Counted from the stretch's first letter, positions 1 to 10,308 are shown. The stretch: 64,000 nucleotides of DNA from Candidatus Bathyarchaeota archaeon (GCA_963775895.1 CAVZKL010000012.1:1-64000), one strand, 5' to 3'. Notes: a model not told the origin generated them from the letters alone. Program-made: numbers and translations.

Positions 1-652
1 CAGGAAGCCTTCCAGGAAAAGTTCCGTCTATGTTGGCATTTATCGTTGTGACTCTGCATCCTAATTCGCGAAGGAGTCTCGGTGCGGTGAGCGCGCCTAC
101 GCTGTTCGCCGGGTCAACGACCACATGTTAGATTCTTTTTGCATATTTTCTTGACGTCAACGTGTGTTTTTATGGCGTTGACGTATTCGTCGATTTATTC
201 CGGGCAGGTCGCGTGCAGTTCTCCGAGCTCATTCCATTTCGCGAAGCTTGTCTTCTCTTCGCGATAGATTTCTTCAATTTGAATTTCTTACTGCGTGATA
301 TTTCGACTCCGTCTTTCCATAACACCTTTATGCCGTTGTACTCTGGAGGATTGTGTGAAGCGGTGATTATGACTCCGCCATCCGCCTTGTGGCATTTCAC
401 TGCATATTGAAGGGCTGGCGTAGGAGTCATTCCTGCGAGCAACACGGTGCATCCTGTGGCGTTCAGCCCTGAGATGACGGCTCTTGCAAGCATGGGCCCG
501 CTTGTTCGCGCGTCGTAGCCAACGATGATCTTGCCCTTTTCAAAGAATGTGCCAATTGCAAACCCCACTTTCACCGCCATTTCTGGGGTCAATTCCTTAT
601 TGGCGAGCCCTCTGATGCCGTTCGTTCCAAACAATCTTCCTTCATTCGACAT
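1..652 (-). CDS. Alpha-D-phosphohexomutase (phosphoglucosamine/phosphomanno-mutase family), frameshifted, runs off the window start
   Basis: LFGTNGIRG, VGYDARTSG, PTPALQY and the ITASHNP phosphoserine motif. Another frame at 1-127 gives VVDPANSVG...NIDGTFPGRLP. Indels near 285 and 130. Confidence 0.9.
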
Positions 653-669
653 TCTCTAACCTCGCACAA

Positions 670-1739
670 TCATTGTGAACTGCGTGTGATTTGATCCGCG
701 GGACAGACAAAGGTCCTAGGCGCGAGTGTAACTCCATCGTTGATTCTCGCGTGGTCCCCGATCATGCAACCTTTTTTGACTTTGACCTCTTTTCCAATAT
801 ACACGCCTTCGCCCACTATCGTGCTGTCAATCATGGCTGAGTCAGAAACTTCCGCAGCAGTCCAGAAAATTGAATTGCAGATGTGGACATCGTTTCCCAC
901 CGTCACGCGGGGCCCGAGAATCGTGTAGGGCCCGATTACTGAACCTTTGCCAATCGACACGTCTTTGCCGAAAGCAACAGGTTTCTTGATTTCGACGTTG
1001 CCTCTGCTCTTGTACTTTGCTTTGATATTGGCACGATCAAGCATCAACTCGTTAAGTTCAAGATAGTCTTCGGGCTTGCCTATGTCCATCCACAAACCGT
1101 TATGAACGTAACCGTACAGTTCATTTTGTTCCGTCAGCTTTGGAAAAACCTCACGCTCGATTGATACAGGACGTCCTTCAGGAATGTAGTCGAAGACTTT
1201 GGGGCTCAGTACATAGACGCCAGCGTTGATCAAGTTGGCCGGAGCTTCTCCGTGGGAAGGTTTCTCAACGAACCCTATTATCTGGTCGTCCTTTGATAGA
1301 CTGGCGACTCCGTACCTGGTTGGGTCTGAAACTTCATGAAGAGCTATAGTTGCCATGCATCCTTTCTGTTCGTGCCGCTTCACGATTTCTGAATAGTTCA
1401 CGTCGGCGAATACGTCTCCGTTCAAGACCAAGAAAGACGAACTATGTCCGATTCTTTTTTGGCCCTTTTGATGGAGCCCGCGGTGCCTAATGGTCTGCTG
1501 AGTGGGTCGTGGGAATAGGTCACGTGTATTCCGGATCTTGGAATCCTGTGTTGTCTTATGTGCACTTCAGTTTGATAGAAAACCGCCAGGATAACGTCCT
1601 GTATGTTGTTTTGTGAGAGTCTTTCAAACGTCCACTGCAGAAGCGGTTTGTTGAGTATCGGGAAAAGTATCTTTGGGCGTGTGCAGCTCAGAGGCCGCAA
1701 CCTTGTTCCGAAGCCGCCTGCGAGAACCACTGCTTTCAA
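670..1739 (-). CDS. Sugar-phosphate nucleotidyltransferase (mannose-1-P guanylyltransferase-like) with a left-handed beta-helix C-terminus; one frameshift near 1440
   Basis: KAVVLAGGFGTRLRPLS..PK, PLGTAG, VLNGD, FVEKP, WMDIG and hexapeptide repeats. TTG start at 1739. Confidence 0.9.
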
Positions 1740-1815
1740 ACGTTCTCCACCAAACCAAATTGCAGACTTATATTCGGTAGGCTCGTAATTAAACCATTTT
1801 GTGGGAGGCATCTCG

Positions 1816-2574
1816 TTGAAAGTGTTACTCCATGAAATGAGTTGGCAAGAAGCCAAAGCCTATTTCGGAAAGAACGACATTGCAATAGTTCCTGTGGGCT
1901 CTAACGAGCAGCACGGACCAGCCAACCCCCTCGGAACGGACCATTTGATCGCCAAGGAATTCGCTCAGGAAGCCGCCAAACGCACGGGCGTCGTCTGTTT
2001 GCAGGTCATTCCGTTTGGCGTCAGTCCACATCATAAGCAGTTCTGGGGAACAATATCCATACAGCCAAAAGCTTTCAAGAAGTATGTGAAAGAAGTCTGC
2101 CTTTCATTGAAGTACTATGGCGTGCACAAGATTCTCGTGGTCAACGGGCACGGGGGAAACCTAGCAGCCTTGAGAGAAATTGCAAGAGAAATGAGAGAAC
2201 AAAACGTCTTTATCTCGATTTTTGAATGGTGGCCCGCCGCGGAAAATCTTCTTCCAGACATATTTAGTCCCGACGAAAGACGCCACGCCGGCGCCGAAGA
2301 AACCTCGGTGAACCTGGCATTACATTCAAACTTGGTGAACCGTGACAAAATCAGAAACGAGAAACCGTACACGCATGCTCTGGAGATGAGTGGCATAACG
2401 CTCCCGCTCGACACCGTTGACGAAACATCCAGTGGAGTCTTCGGTAAGCAGACAGCTGCCTCGGCCAAAAAGGGCAAAGAGGTCTTTGAAGTTGTCTTGA
2501 ACGCGCTTGTCAAACACATCGAATTGTTGAAGAAGACCAGAATGGAAGACTTGTCGCTGAAACCAAAAATCTGA
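1816..2574 (+). CDS. Creatininase / creatinine amidohydrolase family protein
   Basis: PVGSNEQHG..PLGTD, VNGHGGN, HAGAEETS. GGAGG lies upstream of the TTG at 1816. Confidence 0.9.
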   Translation: MKVLLHEMSWQEAKAYFGKNDIAIVPVGSNEQHGPANPLGTDHLIAKEFAQEAAKRTGVVCLQVIPFGVSPHHKQFWGTISIQPKAFKKYVKEVCLSLKYYGVHKILVVNGHGGNLAALREIAREMREQNVFISIFEWWPAAENLLPDIFSPDERRHAGAEETSVNLALHSNLVNRDKIRNEKPYTHALEMSGITLPLDTVDETSSGVFGKQTAASAKKGKEVFEVVLNALVKHIELLKKTRMEDLSLKPKI

Positions 2575-2810
2575 GACCGAAAGTTTCCAAGCTTTCGTCA
2601 GAATACTCTTCTTTTGGTTCCTCAACGCCTGGCAACGGCGAGGTACTCTCGAATACATATGCCCTCGAGGCTTTTTCACAGCTAGAGTGTCAGATGTATC
2701 ACACGATCGATCTACGATGCAGACACACGTACTCTGTTGTCCTCTTCTGCAGCGAATGTTAAATATCTAAGCCATCAATTGGACAATTGCGTAGCGGTTG
2801 TGATAGAAAG

Positions 2811-3254
2811 ATGCGTTTGGACGAGACGGATCTCAAGATATTGAAAGTATTGTTAGTTGACTCGCGGCTTTCTTCAAGGCAGATAGCCAAAAAGTGCGGA
2901 ATCTCCATCGGGACGGTGCTCTCGCGTGTTAAGAAGTTGGAAGAGGAAGGAATCATCAAAGGCTACACGGCTTTACTGGACCAAGAAAAGCTCGGGTACG
3001 AATTGACGGTTGTGACGGAAATAACCGTTTCAAAGGGAAGACTCCTGGAAATGGAAAATGAAATTGCCCAAATACCTAACGTGTGTTGCGTCTACGACTT
3101 AACGGGTTTGTCTGACGCCGCCATAATAGCGAAGTTCAAAAACCGAGAAGACTTGAGCAGATTCACGAAGAAAATGTTATCATTGCCATACGTTGAACGA
3201 ACGAACACGCACGTCGTTCTGACAACAATCAAGGAAGATTTTCGAATAGTCTAA
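2811..3254 (+). CDS. Lrp/AsnC family transcriptional regulator
   Basis: LDETDLKILKVL..DSR.S...IA HTH, LEEEGIIKGY, and a C-terminal RAM domain. Confidence 0.93.
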   Translation: MRLDETDLKILKVLLVDSRLSSRQIAKKCGISIGTVLSRVKKLEEEGIIKGYTALLDQEKLGYELTVVTEITVSKGRLLEMENEIAQIPNVCCVYDLTGLSDAAIIAKFKNREDLSRFTKKMLSLPYVERTNTHVVLTTIKEDFRIV

Positions 3255-3347
3255 AGCAGACGACAGAATCATATCTTCTCTTCAAGAAAGCGTGGATAAG
3301 ATTTAATTCACACATTGGGTTAGGAGATAGAACGACCAACTGCGGCC

Positions 3348-3435
3348 GCGGGGGTTGCCAAGCTTGGCCAAAGGCGTAGGCCTGAGGCGCCTATCCTGTA
3401 GAGGTTCGTGGGTTCAAATCCCACCCCCCGCACCA
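3348..3435 (+). tRNA. tRNA-Leu(GAG), intronless, CCA encoded
   Basis: GCGGGGG/CCCCCGC acceptor stem, TAGGC-CTGAGGC-GCCTA anticodon arm, long variable arm, GGTTCAAATCC T arm. Confidence 0.97.
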
Positions 3436-3506
3436 TCGTTGAACACCCCGCGCGCGTTACGCTTCTTCAAAGTTTATTTCGGATTTCAATCACATAAGAA
3501 GCAGAG

Positions 3507-4310
3507 ATGCAGACAGTGAATGCACGAAAAGCTCTCGCTAAAATGATGGATGAATACGCGTTCGAAGCAAAACTCTATGACAAAATCTGGGGAAGATACG
3601 ATTACGATACGGACGTCCGATTTCTGGACAGATTGTTCAAAAAATATCGTTGTAGAAGAATCATAGATATTGGCTGCGGTACAGGAAACCACGCCACAAG
3701 ATTGAGCAGTCTAGGATACGAGATCACGGCATTGGACATCAGTCCTGCAATGCTAAGAATCTTCGAGAGCAAAGTCAAGGGCGATAGAATAAAGATCAAG
3801 CAAGGCGACATGAAGAAACTTGCGGGCATTTTTCCGAAGGAGAGATTTGACGCTGCGATTCTGCTCGGACACGTCGCATACCATCTGAACACAAACAAAG
3901 AATCTCAAGCTTTCCTCAAGGGTGTCCACAAAATACTGAAACAGAAGGGACTGTTCGTTTTCAACGCCAGAAACGCGAGGAAAATCGATAAAACATTGTT
4001 GAACAATCTTCGCCTTAGACATTTAGTGAGCGACGATAAAACACAGATCGTCGTACTTGAACACAATGTGAGAGATCCACGTGATCCAAACACCATAGTC
4101 TGGAGACCGATATTTCTTGTCAAGGAAAAGAATCGTGTCGACTTCCAAGTAAGGGAGCACAAATTGCGTTGGTTCCCATTTCAAGAACTAAAAAGACTGT
4201 TGACGGACAATGGTTTCAGTATCATATCGACGTATTCTGGGCCGCTGGGAGAGAAGTTTAACCAAGATCTGCACGCTGACATGTGGTTTGTCACGAAAAC
4301 TATAGAATAG
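3507..4310 (+). CDS. Class I SAM-dependent methyltransferase
   Basis: IIDIGCGTG, ALDISPAML, QGDM. Confidence 0.9.
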   Translation: MQTVNARKALAKMMDEYAFEAKLYDKIWGRYDYDTDVRFLDRLFKKYRCRRIIDIGCGTGNHATRLSSLGYEITALDISPAMLRIFESKVKGDRIKIKQGDMKKLAGIFPKERFDAAILLGHVAYHLNTNKESQAFLKGVHKILKQKGLFVFNARNARKIDKTLLNNLRLRHLVSDDKTQIVVLEHNVRDPRDPNTIVWRPIFLVKEKNRVDFQVREHKLRWFPFQELKRLLTDNGFSIISTYSGPLGEKFNQDLHADMWFVTKTIE

Positions 4311-4446
4311 GAACCGCTTGCAGCCAGCGCACGTTGAACCAGCCGAAAAACACTTCGAAAACTCTCATTACCCTGCGCGCGCTCAGCTCCTCAGAGGAAT
4401 GAAATCTTTATAGAGGTCTAACCGTAGAAACTTCATCAGTGCATCT

Positions 4447-5502
4447 ATGATTGATCGGCCAAAAATCCCCAAGAAAAGCCCCATTGATTGGCTTCTTGAA
4501 GAATCAAATCCTTCAGTTCGCTATTTTACACTCCGCGACATCGTTGGCAAACCAGAAGACGATGATGAGCTAATAGCTGCAAGAAGGGCAATACCGGAAT
4601 CTGCGACGATCAGAGAGATATTGAAGAAACAGAGTTCTGAAGGGTACTGGGAACACCCGAAAAGTCCGTACCTTCCCAAGTACAAGTCTTCCTACTGGAC
4701 GATAATGGTTCTTGGCCTTCTGGGAATGGACAACACCACTGAGAAGGTGAAGAAAGCGTGCGAATTCATCTTTCAGTTTCAACACGACGCAGGAGGGTTT
4801 TCCTGTTCGAGTGTCGACGACGCGTTGAGAAAATATGAATATCGACGCAGGAAAGGCAAGCAACTACCTTCACGAAATGAGTTCGTGCCTTCATTCATTT
4901 TCGAAAGCCAACTTTCATGTCTCACAGGCAACGTGGCCGCCGCGTTGATTCGAATTGGCTATGCAGATGACCCTCGAGTAAAAAAAGCTCTAGAGTGGCT
5001 GGTTCGAGTTCAGAACAAGGATGGCGGATGGTTGTGTCCTTACTGGAAGGCACACGTACGAGACTGGCACGGATGCTTCATGGGAACAATCTGTTCTCTC
5101 GAAGCGTTCAGTGAAATTCCGAGAAGCAAGTTTACGGAAGAAATGAAAGATGCAGCGTCAAGAGGCGCAGAGTTTTTGCTTAAACACCGCTTGTTCAAAG
5201 CTGAACACCACGATTACAAGGTAATCAACCATGCTTGGCTGGAATCGAGTTTCCCATGGTTTGCCGGCTACAACATTTTGCGAGGACTCGACGTTCTAAC
5301 AAAACTTGGATACGTTAAGGATGAACGTTTAAACGATGCGGTTGAAGCGCTGATGCAGAAAAGACAGAGCGACGGTAAATGGATCCTAGAGAACTCTCCA
5401 GCCGGAAGAATGCAAGCCAATATCGAGGTGAAAGGTCAACCGAGCAAATGGATAACTCTCATCGCATTGCGAGTGCTTAAACGATTAAAGATTCACGCGT
5501 AG
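4447..5502 (+). CDS. Prenyltransferase/squalene-oxidase-repeat (alpha/alpha toroid) protein of unknown function
   Basis: QW-type repeats QSSEGYW, QHDAGGF, QNKDGGW, QSDGKW; IDWLLE..PSVRY and GQPSKWITL..LRVL termini. Confidence 0.75.
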   Translation: MIDRPKIPKKSPIDWLLEESNPSVRYFTLRDIVGKPEDDDELIAARRAIPESATIREILKKQSSEGYWEHPKSPYLPKYKSSYWTIMVLGLLGMDNTTEKVKKACEFIFQFQHDAGGFSCSSVDDALRKYEYRRRKGKQLPSRNEFVPSFIFESQLSCLTGNVAAALIRIGYADDPRVKKALEWLVRVQNKDGGWLCPYWKAHVRDWHGCFMGTICSLEAFSEIPRSKFTEEMKDAASRGAEFLLKHRLFKAEHHDYKVINHAWLESSFPWFAGYNILRGLDVLTKLGYVKDERLNDAVEALMQKRQSDGKWILENSPAGRMQANIEVKGQPSKWITLIALRVLKRLKIHA

Positions 5503-5515
5503 CATTTGGTTCTAT

Positions 5516-5893
5516 CTAGAAGAATTCAATCCATATTCCGTCTGGATCCTCTATGTAAGCCCATCGACCACCGTCGGATTTCAATTTTAGAATGGTTCGA
5601 TAGCCGGCTTTTCTGGCTTCCTCAAGAGCTTTGTCCAAGTCGTCAACCTTGAACGCAAGATGGTCCAGTCCTTCTCCGGCGAGATATTTCGTGTTGTACG
5701 GGCTGTCTTTTTGGTAATAGTTCAGCTCCAGAAGAAAACCATCCTTTTCAGTTTGCAGCCCAACAGTTTCTCCTCTGGTTTGCTCAATCTTGCTTCGTCC
5801 CGTGACTTTCATACCCAGTACTTTTGTGTAAAAATCGATAGACCTATCCAGATTTGTGACTCTTATTCCAACGTACATCAACTTGGATTTCAT
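5516..5893 (-). CDS. VOC / glyoxalase (lactoylglutathione lyase-like) protein
   Basis: IRVTNLDRSIDFYTKVLGM, LELNY, DHLAFKVDDL, IEDPDGIWIE. Confidence 0.9.
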   Translation of the reverse strand: MKSKLMYVGIRVTNLDRSIDFYTKVLGMKVTGRSKIEQTRGETVGLQTEKDGFLLELNYYQKDSPYNTKYLAGEGLDHLAFKVDDLDKALEEARKAGYRTILKLKSDGGRWAYIEDPDGIWIEFF

Positions 5894-5939
5894 AAACATC
5901 ACCCAACGATATCCTAAACAGCTGGTTTAAGTCTATCTG

Positions 5940-5992
5940 GCAACGTGTGCGGCAACTCTTTCAGAGACACGCAACAGCATGCAACATGCAAC
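5940..5992 (+). repeat. Five GCAAC direct repeats in 53 bp
   Basis: GCAAC at 5940, 5952, 5971, 5981 and 5988. Confidence 0.65.
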
Positions 5993-6092
5993 AAAGTCGG
6001 GCCCGTCAACCCCCTTTGATGCAAGTGTAAATAAGAAAAGAACGAAGCGTCTCAGCGCGCGCAGCGCTGAACCCGATAATACGTGATTTCTT

Positions 6093-6170
6093 TGGTGCGG
6101 TCGCCGGGATTCGAACCCGGGATCGCAAGCTTGGAAGGCTTGTGTCCTAACCAGACTAGACGACGACCGC
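6093..6170 (-). tRNA. tRNA-Gly(TCC), intronless, CCA encoded
   Basis: Reverse complement GCGGTCG...CAAGC-CTTCCAA-GCTTG...GGTTCGAATCC..CGACCGC-A-CCA. Confidence 0.97.
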
Positions 6171-6227
6171 ATCCTTTTTTGCGCATTTAGATTACTGAAG
6201 TGAGCTAGATAAGATTTCTTTTCGCTT

Positions 6228-6887
6228 CTAGCGCGGTTTCTCGTCAGGCTTGAACAATTGTTTCTCGTGTTTGGGTCTAGGTTTGAAACTCCCATGAACA
6301 ACAGGCAAGATCTGTCGTTGACGTTCTATGTTCTTGATCCGTGCATACAATCTAGAAACCTTTGTCTTGGAAGGAGTTCTGGATTTCGGAATTCTGACGC
6401 GCACCGGTGTGAAGGGTTTCTTGATTTCGCTGGCAGCTGATCTTTTGCGCATTGGCATTTCTCTCACTTTTTTGAAGGTTACTGAGCCTTCCTTGAGGTC
6501 CACCCGCTGCACTTCCCAGCCAGCGTCAAGCCAACCTCGCGCGTGAGGAGCGGAGGGCAGGTTGGCCCACCATTGCTCGCTCTTGTACGCGGACATAGGC
6601 AGGTTTTCACCGATGATTCCGTCGATTCTCGAAAAAGTCAGCGTAACATTCGAGGTGAAAGCCCCTCTGAAACGCAGATAACTCGTCAGACCGTTATACT
6701 TTGAAACGGGCGTCGGAGAAACAGTTCTTCTTGCACAGTTGAGACAGTACAGCCTTCTGGGATCGCCAGTTACAACGTCTGGAATCATGCAGTCTCGGCA
6801 GTAGAGCTTTCCACAACGCTCACATCTTCTAAGGAAGCGCGTCGATAGAACTCGTTTGCAGATTCCACACTCATCCTTGTACGGCAT
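6228..6887 (-). CDS. Cys8 zinc finger fused to a DUF7662-like small domain, with a basic C-terminal tail
   Basis: Four CxxC pairs, then Y..L..YL...VTLTF..I..IIG..LP.SAY....WWAN...HA..WL.AGW.V..VDL....VTF. Confidence 0.6.
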   Translation of the reverse strand: MPYKDECGICKRVLSTRFLRRCERCGKLYCRDCMIPDVVTGDPRRLYCLNCARRTVSPTPVSKYNGLTSYLRFRGAFTSNVTLTFSRIDGIIGENLPMSAYKSEQWWANLPSAPHARGWLDAGWEVQRVDLKEGSVTFKKVREMPMRKRSAASEIKKPFTPVRVRIPKSRTPSKTKVSRLYARIKNIERQRQILPVVHGSFKPRPKHEKQLFKPDEKPR

Positions 6888-7015
6888 CTAGATCCCAAAC
6901 AGGACTACAGATCTTTAATGCTAAAATCCCGCTATAAAGGATATCTCAGCCAGCAGAACCTGAAAACCATGGCAAAATTTAAGACAAGATGTCACAATAG
7001 CGTAAACGGTCAACC

Positions 7016-7414
7016 TTGCTTTTCAGCGAATATCTTCACGAGAAAGCCGAAGAGTCAAGACACAACGAGACCATAAGCTACCTCATAGTGACGATCGGAT
7101 CCGTTTTCTTTGTGGGCGGACTTAACGTCACGATAACCCTAACTGCAGACCCCGATTGGTTCCTTATAATTCCGTATCATCTTACTTCGCACCCCTCCAG
7201 TCTTCTTGGTCTGACTCTTACTCTGGTGGGCATCGTACTTCTCATCCTCGGTATAGCCTTAGGGATACATTACGCGCGAGAAAGATCGTGGTACATGAAA
7301 GAACTGCATAAAGCACACTCAACCGAAGACCAAAAAGTGAAGAACGAAAGAAAAACTGAGACAAGACCAGATGTTCGAGAATTAACAGAAAGAAAAGATG
7401 GCCAGTACAGATAG
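7016..7414 (+). CDS. Hypothetical membrane protein (2 TM)
   Basis: ORF with two hydrophobic segments filling the gap before rtcB. Confidence 0.7.
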   Translation: MLFSEYLHEKAEESRHNETISYLIVTIGSVFFVGGLNVTITLTADPDWFLIIPYHLTSHPSSLLGLTLTLVGIVLLILGIALGIHYARERSWYMKELHKAHSTEDQKVKNERKTETRPDVRELTERKDGQYR

Positions 7415-7419
7415 GTCTT

Positions 7420-8910
7420 CTAACCCTTGACAACCGCTATCGGAACGAATCTGGCAACCTTCGTTGCTATGCCAACCTTGTCGCTGACCTCAACGACCAC
7501 GTCAACGTTCTTGTACGCAGGATCAGCTTCCTCTGCCAAAACCACGGCGCTAGCAGCTCGTACATAAATGCCACGCTTCTCAAGAGCCTTCTTAATGTCG
7601 CCGCCCCAGAAGTTGCGCTTTGCAGCACTCCTGCTCATCATACGCCCAGCACCATGAGCGGTTGAGCCAAACGTCGTTTGCATAGCCTTCTCAGTTCCAA
7701 CCAGAAGCCAAGAACTTGTGCCCATGCTTCCAGGAATCAACACGGGCTGCCCGGCAGAGCGATAGTCAGAAGGAATCTCGGAGTGGCCGGGTGGAAACGC
7801 ACGCGTGGCGCCCTTCCGGTGAACCCAAACCTTCTTCCGTCCTCCTTCGACAAGGTGGTTTTCGATTTTGGCGATGTTGTGGGCAACATCGTAGACAAGT
7901 TTGAGACCGAACTTTTGAGGGTCTTGGTTGAACACTTGCTGGAAGCTCTGGCGGACCCAGTGAAGTATCGTTTGACGATTGACGAAAGCGTAGTTGACGG
8001 CGCATGCCATGGCTTGGTAATAGTCTTGGGCTTCCTCGCTCTTCCCAGGCGCGCACGCAAGCTCCCTGTCAGGTAACACGATTTTGTATTTTTGGACGGA
8101 TCTCTCCATAACTCTCAGGTAGTCGGAGCATATCTGATGACCGAAACCTCGTGAACCGCAGTGGATCATCAGTGTGACCTGTCCTTCATGTTCGATGCCG
8201 AAAGTCTTGGCCGTTTCGGAATCGATGATTTTGTCAACTTTCTGAATTTCCAGGAAATGGTTTCCTGAGCCCAGTGTTCCTATCTGTGTGAGACCTCTGT
8301 TCTTCGCGTTCGATGAGACCTTGTCTGGGTCAGCGTTCTTCATGCACCCGTTCTCTTCGCAGTGTTCAACGTCTTCAGGCCAACCGAGCCCTTTGTGAAT
8401 GGCCCATTGGACACCTTCGGTGGCAACTCTGTCCAGATCGCTCTGTGACACCGTGAAGTCTTTTCTTCTGCTGCCCAAGCCACTGGGAACGTTCTCGAAA
8501 ATGGTGTTCGTCAACTGCACGAGTTTTGGTCGTATGTCTTTCTCCGAAAGGTTCGTCGTGACCAGTCGAACTCCGCAGTTGATGTCGTAACCGACGCCGC
8601 CTGGACTGATGACACCTTCGTCATAGTCTGTCGCGGCCACACCGCCTATCGGAAAACCATACCCTTCGTGACCGTCTGGCAACGTTATCGCATGCGTGTA
8701 AATCCCTGGCAGATGAGCAACGTTCACACACTGCTGAAGCGTTCTATCCGTCTTCATCTTCTCAAGCAGATCCACGTTGGCGAATACCGTGCCTGGAACG
8801 CGCATGCCCGATTTGTACATTGGAATGCGCCAACAGTAATCATCTATCTTCTCAAGTTGAACCTTCTCCGTCGGAGGACGGCTGTCTCCCTCGTCCACTC
8901 TCTCACCCAC
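7420..8910 (-). CDS. rtcB: RtcB RNA-splicing ligase, no intein
   Basis: LPDGHEGYGFPIGG, VGYDINCGVR, GTLGSGNHFLE, HCGSRG, HNIAK, HRKGAT, STAHGAGR, EEA..AYK. Confidence 0.98.
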   Translation of the reverse strand: MGERVDEGDSRPPTEKVQLEKIDDYCWRIPMYKSGMRVPGTVFANVDLLEKMKTDRTLQQCVNVAHLPGIYTHAITLPDGHEGYGFPIGGVAATDYDEGVISPGGVGYDINCGVRLVTTNLSEKDIRPKLVQLTNTIFENVPSGLGSRRKDFTVSQSDLDRVATEGVQWAIHKGLGWPEDVEHCEENGCMKNADPDKVSSNAKNRGLTQIGTLGSGNHFLEIQKVDKIIDSETAKTFGIEHEGQVTLMIHCGSRGFGHQICSDYLRVMERSVQKYKIVLPDRELACAPGKSEEAQDYYQAMACAVNYAFVNRQTILHWVRQSFQQVFNQDPQKFGLKLVYDVAHNIAKIENHLVEGGRKKVWVHRKGATRAFPPGHSEIPSDYRSAGQPVLIPGSMGTSSWLLVGTEKAMQTTFGSTAHGAGRMMSRSAAKRNFWGGDIKKALEKRGIYVRAASAVVLAEEADPAYKNVDVVVEVSDKVGIATKVARFVPIAVVKG

Positions 8911-8972
8911 TTTTCACAGAGAAGTGAAGAAGCGATGATATAAACGATTTTGACAGGTTGAGCAGAAGGCTA

Positions 8973-9899
8973 CTACTTCTGCGAAATGCCCAAGGACTTT
9001 TCCGCGAATTTCATGACGCCTTGTATACTATTGTTCAGCACCGTTTCGTTTAGCACGGGATGTTTCTTTACGAACTGGAGTACCTTGCGCACAGAGTCAT
9101 CGCTCTGAATTATTCTGGCGCGGATATCATCAAAACCCTGCTTGTTCCGCAGTCCTTCTTCGGCTATCGACACCCAGAGCTTGAGCTGTTCTTCGTGAAT
9201 CCTGAGTCTCTCAACCGCATCACTCGCTTTGCCAAAATGGCTGTAATAGAGCGAACTCGGGTTCAAATTGGCCAGCTTTTCCAAAGAAGCCAGCGCAATG
9301 TCCAATCTGAACGGCGGTGGAGTCGTGGGCACAACTGCGTCCAGAGCCCTGATGTATATGCCCGCAGCATCGCCTGGGAAGAGCCCGCCGCTGGACGGTT
9401 CATAGTAACTTTGATGATGGGAAGCGTGTCCCAGCGTTTCGACAACTTTGAAACTGACGTCGTTGCCGAGCTCAAAGGTCATGCCGTCGGTCACAGTAAG
9501 TATCTTTTCAGCGGGAACTGGTTCGGGAGGCCAATACATGTCGGTTATCTGTTTCCCCTGAATCTGCACCGCTTGCTGCCAGAGTTTATCTGGGTTCACA
9601 AGGTGAGGAGCAGCCGCCGGGTGAGCTATGACCTTTGCGTTTGGCAAGCTCTTCAGAAGAGTTCCAACGCCTCCGCCGTGGTCAAGATGAATGTGCGTGA
9701 CCGCGATGTAAGCGATCTCCTCCCGTTTGACGTTTATTCTCTTCAGTCCTGAGAGCAAGTTCGGAATTGAAGAAGTTGGACCTGTTTCGATAATGGCCGC
9801 TTTCATTCCTTTAAGAACGTAGCTTGCGATGAAATGTTCGAGTCCGCCTGTCTCCAGATCTATCAGCGAGACATGTTCGTCAAGTTTTTCGACTTTCAT
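8973..9899 (-). CDS. MBL-fold metallo-hydrolase
   Basis: THIHLDHGGG, GHASHH, PGDAAG, YYSHFG. Confidence 0.9.
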   Translation of the reverse strand: MKVEKLDEHVSLIDLETGGLEHFIASYVLKGMKAAIIETGPTSSIPNLLSGLKRINVKREEIAYIAVTHIHLDHGGGVGTLLKSLPNAKVIAHPAAAPHLVNPDKLWQQAVQIQGKQITDMYWPPEPVPAEKILTVTDGMTFELGNDVSFKVVETLGHASHHQSYYEPSSGGLFPGDAAGIYIRALDAVVPTTPPPFRLDIALASLEKLANLNPSSLYYSHFGKASDAVERLRIHEEQLKLWVSIAEEGLRNKQGFDDIRARIIQSDDSVRKVLQFVKKHPVLNETVLNNSIQGVMKFAEKSLGISQK

Positions 9900-9998
9900 C
9901 GCTCACAAACCACCCGAATTTTGCAGAGTTCTAAAGCCATACCCAGAGATTTTAAGTGTTTTCTCCCAAGAACAAGGGACTTGGCTGGATTTCACATC

Positions 9999-10265
9999 TC
10001 ATTTGTGTTGGGGCTTCTTTTTCGGATCAAACTCTGGGTCGGGCTCACCTGCGCCAAGAATCATTCTGAGGGACCTCACTTCCTCTCGAAGCATGCCGAC
10101 CTCGGTTTCAAGAGCTTTCGCCTTGGAATCGGCCATCTTCTTGAGTTCATCAATCTCAAGCATAAGGTTCCTACGCTCGTTTTCCAAGTTTCTGATTTTT
10201 TCTGCCACACCCTTAAAGCTGCTCACGAACCCATCTCCCCTTTCTCCTTTTCGATAAACGAACAA
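9999..10265 (-). CDS. Small coiled-coil hypothetical protein (start probably the GTG near 10229)
   Basis: Heptad-rich KIRNLENERRNLMLEIDELKK..LETEVGMLREEVRSL. Confidence 0.7.
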   Translation of the reverse strand: MFVYRKGERGDGFVSSFKGVAEKIRNLENERRNLMLEIDELKKMADSKAKALETEVGMLREEVRSLRMILGAGEPDPEFDPKKKPQHK

Positions 10266-10308
10266 AATCGAACATTTAAGCCTTATCGCAGAAAAAAGAA
10301 AGAACAGT

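Noticed and set aside
2326-2679. Antisense and overlapping ORFs in the track (e.g. 2326-2679, 9060-9752, 12643-13569, 62266-62997)
   Set aside because: They shadow well-supported genes on the other strand and show no recognisable motifs
2776-2789. CAATTG-GA-CAATTG just downstream of the lrp TATA box
   Set aside because: Plausible autoregulatory site but a single short instance; ordinary if real
4255-4340. Integron attC site (GTTTAAC ... GTTGAAC)
   Set aside because: The left box is well inside the methyltransferase CDS, internal complementarity is poor and there is no intI
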